Source of the DNA: Heterodontus francisci
Taxonomy: Eukaryota
Direction of reading: 5' to 3'
Length of the DNA: 64,000 nt
Assembly (NCBI RefSeq): GCF_036365525.1
Contig: NC_090375.1
Span: 101,688,922-101,752,921 of the forward strand
Under the pieces are notes generated by a model. The model ran no database searches. It saw only the letters and a program-made list of their open reading frames with translations, and was not told the origin of the DNA. The position numbers were made by a program, and so were the translations under genes. This document shows, in pieces, positions 11,800-21,900 of this stretch; the first letter of the stretch is position 1; the number at the start of each line of letters is the position of its first letter.

Positions 11800-12949
11800 C
11801 CCATGGGTGCTGTAGTTGCCATTGCCTTGATATGCAGCATGAGAGGGAGATGGAACAAGGGCAGCACAGAAGTGGACAAGCTGCTTGCAGAGAGAGGAGG
11901 GGGAAGAAAAGCTCTCAGCAGGTGGGTCTTCCAAAAGTATTTCTTTTAACACACCCTAAGCCAGGAGCGGTGTGTGCGTTGTTTGCATTTTACAAAGGAG
12001 ATGCTCACAGAACTCCACCACCTCTTGCAACTCAGACCTGCAACTTCAGACCACGGCAAGGATGGTCCTGCCAGTGACTGTGAAGGTGACCCCGGGCTTG
12101 AATTTCTTTGCATCAGGATCATTCCAGGCTGGACCTCACAACATATATAGCATCTGCTGTATAAGAGAGCTGTCTATTGCTGTATATGAGAGGTGACAGA
12201 TGCTTTTATGCCAGGAGAGGGGAATTCATTGTGTTCTCTGTAAACAGAGGGAATCAGGCAAAGCGTGGACATGGCTTTGCCAAGATAGCAAATTTCCAGA
12301 TGGTGTAGGGTGCCACCAACAGCATACACGTGGCTTTGCAACACCTCAGCCCAATGCTCAGATTTACCACAACTGCAAATGTTACCACTCACTGAGTGCA
12401 GTTGCTGCAGAATGCCCTCTATCCTGGCAGCAGTTATGATGCTTTTATTCTTGCCAGTCTGTTGTTCCCTCAGTATTTGAACCACCACACCAAACCAGAC
12501 GGTAGCTGCCAGGAGACAATGTCTATCTGTTTAACACCTGGCTCATGATTCCACTTCGCAACCCAATCGCAGGTGGACAGCATGTGTACAATGAAAGCCA
12601 TGCTGCCACACGAAACATCATCGAGCTGACCACTGAAGTGCTGAAGCAATGGTTCAGCTGCCTGGATCGCTCTGGAGGAGCCCTGCAGCATTCACTGGAG
12701 TGTGTGCTCCAGTTTGTGGCAGTCTGCTGTATCCTCCACAACCCAGCCATCATGTGCACACAGTCCTTGTCACCAGGCATATGGCAAATAGTTAAGGATC
12801 AGAAGGAGGAGGAGGAGGAGGAGGAGCAGGAGGAAGAGAGGACACAGCCAACATCCCCTTTCGAGCTGGGCTGTCCGTGATCACCTCATCCAACTGATCA
12901 TCCAGCTGAATACATTGAATACAGCAAAGGCTATGGGCCCTGTGATTAG
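11800..12949 (+). pseudogene. PIF/Harbinger (HARBI1-like DDE) transposase, decayed
   Basis: LPVTVKVTPGLNFFASGSFQ in ORF 11972..12196; PLRNP...YNESHAATRNIIE...LKQWFSCLDRSGGALQH...CCILHN plus an acidic tail in ORF 12545..12880. Confidence 0.88.
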
Positions 12950-13195
12950 CCAGGATGCTGATGGTGGGGGATTCAACATTGATATTGCCCATGAATGTTA
13001 TGGCAGATGGTTAGATTTTCTCTTTTTGGAGGTAATAATTGCCTGACACTTGTGTGGCGCGAATATCACTTGTCACTTATCAGCCCAAGCCTGAATGTTA
13101 TCCAGGTCTTGCTGCATCTGGACACCGACTGCTTCAGTATCTGAAGAGTCACTAATGGTGCTGAACTTTGTGCAATCATCAGCGAACATCCCCAC
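12950..13195 (-). repeat. Inverted duplicate of LINE segment 13693-13819 + 15855-15973
   Basis: 246-bp reverse-complement match, about 7 mismatches by eye. It is continuous across the point where the forward copy is split. Confidence 0.93.
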
Positions 13196-13819
13196 CTACC
13201 CAACAATGTGGGAAATTGCCCAGATATATCCTGTCCACAAGAGGCAGGACAAATCCAATCTGGCCAATTACTGCCCCCCATCAATCTACTCTCAATCATC
13301 AGCAAAATGATGGAAGGTGTTATCGACAGAGCTATCAAGTAGCACTGACTCAGCAATCACCTGCTCACAGATCCTCAGTTAGCTTTCTGTCAGGGCCACT
13401 CAGATCCAGACCTCATTGGATCCTTGGTCCAAACATGAACAAAGGACTTGATTCCAGAAGTGAGGTGAGAGTGACTGCCCTTGACATCAAGGCAGCATTT
13501 GACCAAGTGTGTCATCAAGGAGCCCTTGCAAATTGAAGTCAATGGGAAAACTCGCCAATAGTTGGAGTCATATCTGGAGGCCAATCATCTCAGCCCCATG
13601 ACATTGCTGCAGGAGTTCCTCAGGGTAGTGTCCTAGGCCCAACCATCTTCAGCTGCTTCATCAATAACTTTCCCTCCATCATAAGGTCAGAAGTGGGGAT
13701 GTTCGCTGATGACTGCACAATGTTCAGCACCATTAGTGACTCTTCAGATACTGAAGCAGTCGGTGTCCAGATGCAGCAAGACCTGGATAACATTCAGGCT
13801 TGGGCTGATAAGTGACAAG

Positions 13820-15296
13820 GGGGGGTTCAGCAGCAAGGGCAGTGGGTGACTCTCAACAGGCCCCCCTTCCCGATACTGGGTCCCTCATTCAGGCACTAAG
13901 TGCCTTTTAATGGGCCCCCCCTCACCCCCACCATGCCAAAAGCCGGCAAGCACCCCGCACAGATTTGCTTGGTGTGCTCCTCGTGTGGAGACTGGCTCGC
14001 CCGCCACTGGACTAATTCCGGCGATGGCAAGATGTGGCCCTTCATTGGTCATTAATTAAGGGTTTCAATCAGCAGTGGGGTGGGAAGGCAGGTTCCCACC
14101 CCAGTCTTAATTTGGGTGGAGGCAGGAAGGTGGCAGGGTGCCCACCCTACCACCATCCTGCCCAATTATACGCTCTCCCTGCATCCAAATCCGATGCGGG
14201 GAGATCTTAAAATTCCCCTCATTGTATGAACAACAAATAATGGATGAGTTTCTGTTATTCACTCATATGGCAGTAATTATCCCATTTTCCTTCACAAAAT
14301 TTTAGCACCCAAATTCCACTGCTGAGCTGTATTTTATGGGTCCCTGGGAGACGGCATGGGCAGTGGGAGGGGTCCATAAAATAGTGATGGAAGACAGCAG
14401 ATGGTTTGCCTATCACCATGTGATTTTGTTAGGGGGTGGGAAAGACCAAAGACAGCCATCCGGCCCAGAGGCCAGTTGAGGCCCATAAGTGGCTAATTAA
14501 TAGCCACTTACGTCCTCTACCAGCCGCCACTAATATTTTACCAGTGGCTGGTGGGAGCCCCGCCACGTGGGGAGGTTGCCCAGTAAAACAAGGTGGCCTC
14601 CTGCGGGCTTGGCGGAGCTGGGGTTTGCGAGCCCTCCTCCGTGGGCAATCTGTGGCCCACAGAAGGCACCTGGTGGCGGAGGCTGCCCCTCCGCTAATAA
14701 CTCCCACCCCTGCCCTCATCGAACACCAGCACCCCCCTTGCCATGACCTGTTGGACTGGCCCTGGCGACCCTGCCACACTTACCTGTGGTCCGGGGTGGG
14801 CGGTGGGGTTTGGAGTTTTGTTCATGGAGTTTTAACAAAGGAGGGCTCAGCCACAGCTGTGGCTAGGGAACCTGCTGCTGTGTTGGTGGAATGTCGGGAA
14901 TGGTGGGGTCTTTGGATGTGGAGAGCTGGTCCAATGGTGGGGGGGGTGGTGGGTGGGGTGGAGGTCCAATGGCATGGTAGAAGGTAGCTTGGTGAGCTGA
15001 GATGAAGCACTCCTGCTCCTTCTGTCCCACAAGTAGTGCTGTGAGGCAACCTACCGTTTCCCCAAAACTGTCTTTCCCTCTCTTTAGTTGTCACATTTCC
15101 TGGCCAGGGTTAAACCTGCAAATGAGGCTTTTGTAATTACTTATTACAATATTTAAATGGTCAACATGCAACCTGGGAGCGGGCTGGCTGCCCGCCCCCT
15201 GTCCCGCCTCAAGGTTGGGGTCCAGTTTGAGATTTTCATAATTTTTACATTTCACTTGACACCAACCTACCCATTTTTGGGGTTAAAAGTACCCCC
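13820..15296. mobile_element. Fragments of GC-rich Harbinger-type MITEs
   Basis: 13820-14220 matches the internal and terminal part of the 49970-50600 and 10039-10890 family; 15100-15290 resembles 28190-28400. Confidence 0.55.
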
Positions 15297-15515
15297 TGGG
15301 AGTTAGTTTTGGTTCCTCACCATTCTATTGAGTTCAGTCATACTGTTTTAGGAGGCAAGGGGTATCCTTGCAGAAAGGAAGAGAAAATCTAGATGGAGAG
15401 TTCCCACCAGGGCACTGTTAATTGCCATCTGGGAAATGGCTAAGAATAGTATTAGCAGTAGGCTGAAAACAGAAAGGCTCTCATAACATCAAAGGTATAG
15501 GAGATGGCTGGGAAA

Positions 15516-15853
15516 GGGTGGCACAGTGGCGCAGTGGTTAGCACCGCAGCCTCACAGCTCCAGCGATCCGGGTTCAATTCTGGATACTGCCTGTGTGGAG
15601 TTTGCAAGTTCTCCCTGTGTCTGCGTGGGTTTCCTCCAGGTGCTCCGGTTTCCTCCCACATGCCAAAAGACTTGCAGGTTGATAGGTAAATTAGCCATTA
15701 TAAATTGCCCCTAGTATAGGTAGGTGGTAGGGAAGTGTGGGGATGTGGTAGGAATATGGAATTAATGTAGGATTAGTATAAATGGGTGGTTGATGGTCGG
15801 CACAGACTCGGTGGGCCAAAGGGCCTGTTTCAGTGCTGTATCTCTAAAAAAAA
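15516..15853 (+). mobile_element. HE1-type tRNA-derived V-SINE
   Basis: A box TGGCGCAGTGG, B box GGTTCAATTCT, V-domain core TGTGTGGAGTTTGCAAGTTCTCCC...CCGGTTTCCTCCCACA, CR1-like tail GGGCCTGTTTCAGTGCTGTA followed by A8. Confidence 0.92.
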
Positions 15854-16639
15854 GTGACATTCGCACCACACAAGTGTCAGGCAATTATTACCTCCAAAAA
15901 GAGAAAATCTAACCATCTGCCATGACATTCATGGGCAATATTAATGTTGAATTCCCCACCATCAGCATCCTGGGGGTTACCATTGACCAGAAACTAAACT
16001 GGACCAGCCATATAAATATTGTGGTTACAGGAGCAGGTCAGAAGCTGGGAATTCTGCTGAGAATAACTCACCTCCAGACTCCCCAAAGCCTGCCCACCAT
16101 CTACAAGGCACAAGCCAGGAGTGTGATGGAATACTCTCCACTTGCCTGGAAGAGTATAGCTCCAACAGCACTCAAGAAGTTCGACATCATCCAGGACAAA
16201 GATGCCGCTTAATTAGTACCCCATCCACCAACTTCAACATTCACTCTCTCCACCACCGGTGCACAGTGGCAGCAGTGTGTACCATCTACAAGATGCACTG
16301 CAGCCATTTTCCAAGTCTCCTTCAAAAGCACCTCCCAAACCCGCGACCTCTTCCACCTAGAAGAATAAGGGCAGCAGATGCATGGGAACACCACCACCTG
16401 CAAGTTTCCCTCCAAGCCACACACCATCCTGACTTGGAACTATATCGTTGTTCTTTCACTGTCGCTGGGTCAAAATCTTGGAACCCCTTCTCTAATAACA
16501 CTGTGGGTGTACCTACACCCCAAGTACTGCAGCAGTTCAAGAAGGCAGCTCACCACCGCCTTTTCAAGGGCAATTAGAAATGGGCAGTAAATGCTGACCT
16601 AGCCAGCAACGCTCACATCCCATGAACGAATAGGAAAAG

Positions 16640-17896
16640 CTATGATTCCAATGAGTACAACACCAAATCACCATTACACAACAGTCACACAATTTACACA
16701 TCACAACATCCACTTGGCCGCAATTCTGAAGTGAAAGCCACCACGAAACAACCATTCCAAATCAACTTTATCCAACAAAAAATCTAATATTCCATACAAA
16801 AGTCAACTAATTACCCTTGTGTATTTCCTGAATACTTCTGTGTGCTTTTGCCTGTCCTAGTGCTCCTATACCGTGCTACCCCAGTGGCTGCAGCATGGTT
16901 AGTAGAAGGCTGCTGATTTTCAATGGGGGGAGCTGCAGATGACTTTTGTGAATGGCTTGGGGCAGTCCTAAGCCTATAAGACCCAGCTTCAGACTGCACC
17001 AGCTCAGCATGGGAGGCAGCAGTCTGTGCTGGCTGGCAGAGAGGCAGTGGTGGGAGACGAATGCTGTCATACTGAGAGAGGTCAGCAGGATTGTGCTCCA
17101 TGAAGCCACTGTCATTCCCCCAGGCAGTGCCACGGATATCTTAATAATCTACTGGATCACTGATTGCTGAACTGCTGCAAGCTCCTTTGAACTCTGGTAA
17201 CCGCAGCCATAATGGCAGCAGTCTGAGCTTGCAAGGCAACAAGCTGACATTCCAGGAACTTGGCCTGAACTTCCACTTCAGCACCCAGAGATTGGGTTGC
17301 TTCTGCTTGTACTCCAATGGAAGCTGAGCCATCGACCATCAGACGCTGCATCATGGTTGGGTCCAATTGTTCTCATGTAGTTGGCTGTCATTACATGCTA
17401 CAAAGGATGGGCTCCAATCTCTGCACAAAGCCCTGTGACAAGTTGGAGATGGACTCCTCCATGCTCCTTGGCAGCGACATCAGGTTTCCTGGCAGGCCTT
17501 CCAATGCACCAAAGCATTTCATTGTGCATGTGCATCAGCCTTTTTCTGTACACCACCCCATCTGAGTCCTCTGCAGCAGAACTCGTATGCAATCTTACCC
17601 ACCAGGAAGCTGGCAGCTGCACTCTTCTACCTTGGCTGCAGACCACTCGTGCCCAGTGACTCACATATGCCGAATCCATTCTAACGTACGTGCTGTACCA
17701 GCATCTGAGCTGGTGGCTGCAAATGAGAGATCGAGTGACGATGTTTCTTCTTCATCAGTGTCATACTCCACTTCAACCTCAGTGCTTGACCAGATGCCAA
17801 TTCTTGCATATTCAAAAGGATAAAGGCACAAGGGTAGGCTTGTATGAGGGAAGACAGGGTAAGCAAGAGGTGCATGTTTACACCGCTTACACTTTT
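16640..17896 (-). mobile_element. Harbinger element, remnant of the second (Myb/SANT-type) gene; probably the continuation of the 11800-12949 element
   Basis: Convergent to the transposase; acidic/Ser-rich and coiled-coil-like remnants (EEETSSLDLSFAATSSD, RSMEESISNL) parallel to 61800-62300. Confidence 0.5.
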
Positions 17897-18302
17897 GGGG
17901 GGGAAATTGGATTAGGCTGGAAAACAATTACACTGCGCCCATTCATTGCCATGCAATCAGCATTCAAACTTTGCGCTGCCTGCTAATTTAAATGATAGTG
18001 GCGTGCAGCCTAGTTCTAGGTGCACTGCTAAGTGGCTGAATCCCTCAGCAGAGGGCCTAAGTTTGTGGAAGGCTGGCACCACTTAAAGCTACCCGGCACT
18101 ACTTAAAGCCAGTCTGCAACTCTTAAAAGCGAGGTGCATTCTGGCTGCAGCAGGTGCTAGAACTGGTAACAGAAGAGTCTTCGAGCAGGAAATGGCACAA
18201 CAGGGTAGAGAGCATGCTTCAAGGTTCTCTGGAACAGCACTGTAGGCCTTGGTGCAGGAGGTGGAGAGAAGGAGAGAGGCCCTCTTCCCACAGGGTGCAG
18301 GA
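17897..18302 (+). mobile_element. Harbinger terminus with the N-terminal Myb/SANT-like coding remnant
   Basis: Starts GGGGGGGAAATTGG. From ATG 18192 it reads MAQQGREHASRFSGTAL*ALVQEVERRREALFP, an MSANTD-like helix 1; truncated by a CR1 fragment. Confidence 0.6.
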
Positions 18303-18443
18303 TAGTGAAATGGGCAGAGGCATGGCAGATGGAGCTCAATATGGAGAAGTGTGAAGTGATGCACTTTGGGAAGACTAATATGGAAAGACAGTATACTATA
18401 AATATCACAATTTGAAAAGTGTAGCTGAGCAGAGAGACTTTCG
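18303..18443 (+). mobile_element. Short CR1 RT fragment
   Basis: Translates to KWAEAWQMELNMEKCEVMHFGKTN. Confidence 0.75.
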
Positions 18444-20739
18444 TGTCGATAGGTCCCTTTATTTGTGGTACGTATCAACGATTTGGACTTAAACATGTCA
18501 CGCTTATGCAATATGAACTTATAGAATCATAGAAAGTTTAAGGCACAGAAAGAGGTCACTTGGCCAATCGTGTCAGTGTTGGCTGAAAAACAATCCACCC
18601 ACTCTAATCACACCTTCCATCATTTGGTCTGTAGCCCTGCAGCTTACGGTACTTGAGGTGCATATCCAGACTCCTTTTGAATGAGTTGAGGGTTTCTGCC
18701 TCAACTACCTTTTCAGGCAGTGAGTTCCAGACCCCCACCACCCTCTGGGTAAAAAAGATTTTCCTCATCTCCCCTCTGATTTTTCTACCAATCACTTTAA
18801 ATCTATGCCCCTTAGTCACTGACCCCTCTGCTAAGGTGAATAGGCTCTTCACCTCCACTCTATCCAGGCCCCTCAAAATTTTGTACATTTCAATCAGATC
18901 TCCCCTCAGCCTTCTCTGTTCCAAGGAGAACAACCACAGCCTATCCAATCTTTCCTCATAGCTGCATTTTTCCAGTCCTGGCAATATCCTCATAAATCTC
19001 CTCTGTACCCTTTCCAGTGCAATTACATCCTTTCTGTAAACAGGTGACCAAATCTGCACACAGTGCTCAAGTTATGGCCTAACCAATGAGTTATACAGTT
19101 CCAGCAATAACCTCCCTCCTCTTATATTCTATACCTTGGCTAATAAAGGAAAGGATTCCATATGCCTTCTTAACCACCTTATCGACCTGTCCTGCTACCT
19201 TCAAGGATCTGTGGACATTCACTCCAAGGTCCAACACTTCCTCTATACTTCTCAGTATTTTCTCATTAATCGTGTATTCCTTTGCCTGGTTTGACCTCCC
19301 CAAAATGCATCACACTTCTCCGGGCTGAATTTCATTTGCCACTTTTCTGCCCATCTGACCAGACTATCAATATCTTCCTGCAGCCTACAGCTATCCTCCT
19401 CGCTATCTACCACACAGCCAATCTTTGTGTTGTCTGCAAACGTCTTGATCATGCCCCCTACATTTACGTCCAAATCGTTAATGTATACCACAAAAAGCAG
19501 GGGACCCAATACTGAGCCCTGTGGAACGTCACTGGAAACAGCCCTCCAGTCGCATAAATACCCGTCAACAATTACTCTTTGTTTCCTGCCACTGAGCCAA
19601 TTTTGTATCCATCTTGCTTCATTTCCCTGGATCCCATGGGATTTATTTTTTAACCAGTCTGCCATGAACTATAAATATGAACTTATGAAGTATAAACCTG
19701 AAATGGATACTTTCCTGTAAAACAAAATGGAGTTGAGAGGTCAGGTGACCTTTTCTTTCCTGCCAATACACATGGAAAATGCAAGAACCCTGTTCTAATT
19801 TTCATGTCTGGACAAGGCTTGGCCAAGTCATTGAAATGCGAACGACCTTTCTGGACATATCTTTGAGAAGTCATTAAAATATAAATTACCCTTCCTGTGG
19901 TAATGGCTGTATTTCTTCAACTAATTAAAAAAAATGGATTCGCAATACTGTTGCAAAACTCTTTTAACTCCAAACTTGAAATCCAGAAAATTGGTGTGAA
20001 AATCTCTATTTTATCAATTTGCTATGTGGATGAGTGAAACCCACACTCCATTGTCTGACAATGGCCTAAGCATTAGAAATGATTTAGGAGGACAATGGAA
20101 AGAAATGCTCTGAAACTAGGTTTCTGATAAGGCACAGTCTGAGCAAACAGTGACAGGGGAAAAACATTTATGCCAATGAAGGGAGAAGACTCTGCCTAAC
20201 ACCACCAGCTTTAAGCCACATGTAGGCAGATGCCTGAGTTGGCCCTGAACTCTCCACCTGAGAAACCACAGCAGGGCTTTGCCAATGAACCGTATCTGGA
20301 GCATAACAAGAGAAATATGCTACTGTGAGCATAAAACAACAGCGAATCCGTCCTCCTAAATCTCCAGAGCTTTTCTTCGGTGGATAAAGGAAAGATTACA
20401 GGCCTGCATCGTTTCAAGTCTTCAGCCTGGGGAAAAAGCAATGTAACAGAGAACTCAGAAATCAAAAGACCTAAATGCATGCTACTTTTAAAATCGCAGT
20501 CTTTTCTTGAGTGTGTGTGTATCTCTTTGAGTGTGAGAATGGTGTAGTTGTGCATATTCAGGAGTTGAACAATAAATATTTATCTTTTAAAACTTACGAG
20601 AAAACCTGTCATTTATCTGTTCCTGACAATTAAAGAACTCAGGAGCTAAAACACTTTTTTTTAAAAACATGCTGTCTTCAGTCAGTGGAGAAGTGAAAAG
20701 GGGGATTTCATTCCTATTATTTCTCCCCTGTCCATAACA
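18444..20739 (+). mobile_element. Putative LTR (about 1.1 kb once the nested CR1 is removed)
   Basis: Starts TGTCGAT, ends CCATAACA, AATAAA near 20571. The flanks do not form a TSD, so the left boundary is uncertain. Confidence 0.45.
18523..19673 (-). mobile_element. 5'-truncated CR1 with TSD
   Basis: ORFs 19252..19665 and 18604..19059 encode the RT C-terminus; TTCTATGA-type tail; 13-bp TSD AATATGAACTTAT at 18510-18522 and 19674-19686. Confidence 0.92.
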
Positions 20740-21665
20740 AATGTAAGGGGTATGAGCAAGAAGTTTGCAGATGATACAAAAATTGGCCATGTGGTTGATA
20801 ATGAAGAAGAAAGCTGTAGACTGTGGGAAGATATCAATGGACTAGTCAAGTGGACAGAACAGTGGCAAATGGGGTTCAATCCGGAGAAGTGAGAAGTAAT
20901 GCATTTGGAGAAGGCAAACGAGGCAAGGGAATACACACTAAATGGTTGGATTCTGAGAGGTATAGAGGAACAGAGGGATCTTGGAGTGCATGTCCACAGA
21001 TCCCTGAAGGTGGCTGGACATTTAGGTTAGGTGGTCAAGAAGTTATGCGGGATACTTACCTTTATTGGCCGAGACATAGAATATAAGAGCAGGGAGGTTA
21101 TGCTGGAACTGTATAAAACACTAGTTAGGCCATAGCTGGAGTACTGCATGCAGTTCTGGTCACCGCACTATAGGAAGGATGTGATTGCACCAGAGAGGGT
21201 ATAGAGGAGATTTCGGAGAATGTTGCCTGGACTGGAGAATTTTAATTATGATGAAAGAATGGATAGGCTAGGGTTGTTTTCTTGGGAACAGAGGAGGCTG
21301 AGAGGAGACCTAATTGACATGTATAAAATTATGAGGGGTCTAGAATAGATAGGAAGGCCCTATTCCCTTTGGTTCAGGGGGTCCATAGATTTAGGGTAAG
21401 AGATAGGAGGTTTAGAGGGCATTGAAGGGGAAATTTCTTTCACCCTGAGGGTGGTGGGGATCTGGAACTAACTTTCTGAAAGGATGGTAAAGGAAGAAAC
21501 CCTCATAAAATTTAAAAAGTACTTGGATATACAATTGAAGTGCCGTAACCTAAAAGGCAATAGACTAAGAGCCGGAAAGTGGGATTAGGCTGGATCGCTA
21601 CTTGTCGACCGGCGTGGACACAATGGGCTGAATGGCCTCATTCCATGCTGTAAATTTCTATGATT
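20740..21665 (+). mobile_element. 5'-truncated CR1, decayed
   Basis: KFADDTKIG through the C-terminus, then 3' tail GGGCTGAATGGCCT...TTCTATGATT. Confidence 0.88.
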
Positions 21666-21900
21666 TTACACATAAATCCTTAAAGGTAGCACAGCAAGTT
21701 GATAAGGTGGTTAAAAATATGGATTCCGATGGATTACTTACAGAGGAATAGAATATAAAAGCAAAGAGATCATGCTAAAACTGTATAAATCACTAGCTGG
21801 GCCTCAGCTGGATTAGAACAAAGAACAAAGAACAAAGAAAATTACAGCACAGGAACAGGCCCTTCGGCCCTCCAAGCCTGCGCCGATCCAGATCCTCTAT

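Larger units (their letters stand above)
13196..16630 (+). mobile_element. CR1-group LINE 3' part (a family distinct from the other CR1s), split by a 2-kb insertion at 13820-15851
   Basis: RT remnants ALDIKAAFD, GVPQGSVLGP and MFADD before the split; ILGVTIDQKLNW and YKAQARSVMEYS after it. Confidence 0.85.

Noticed and set aside
14436-14987. 183-aa ORF and overlapping GC-rich ORFs
   Set aside because: They lie in GC-rich MITE sequence with few stop codons and show no recognisable domain.
15516-15590. tRNA-like sequence with A and B boxes (also near 33110-33183 and 58056-58130)
   Set aside because: SINE heads continuous with the V-domain and LINE tail; not tRNA genes.
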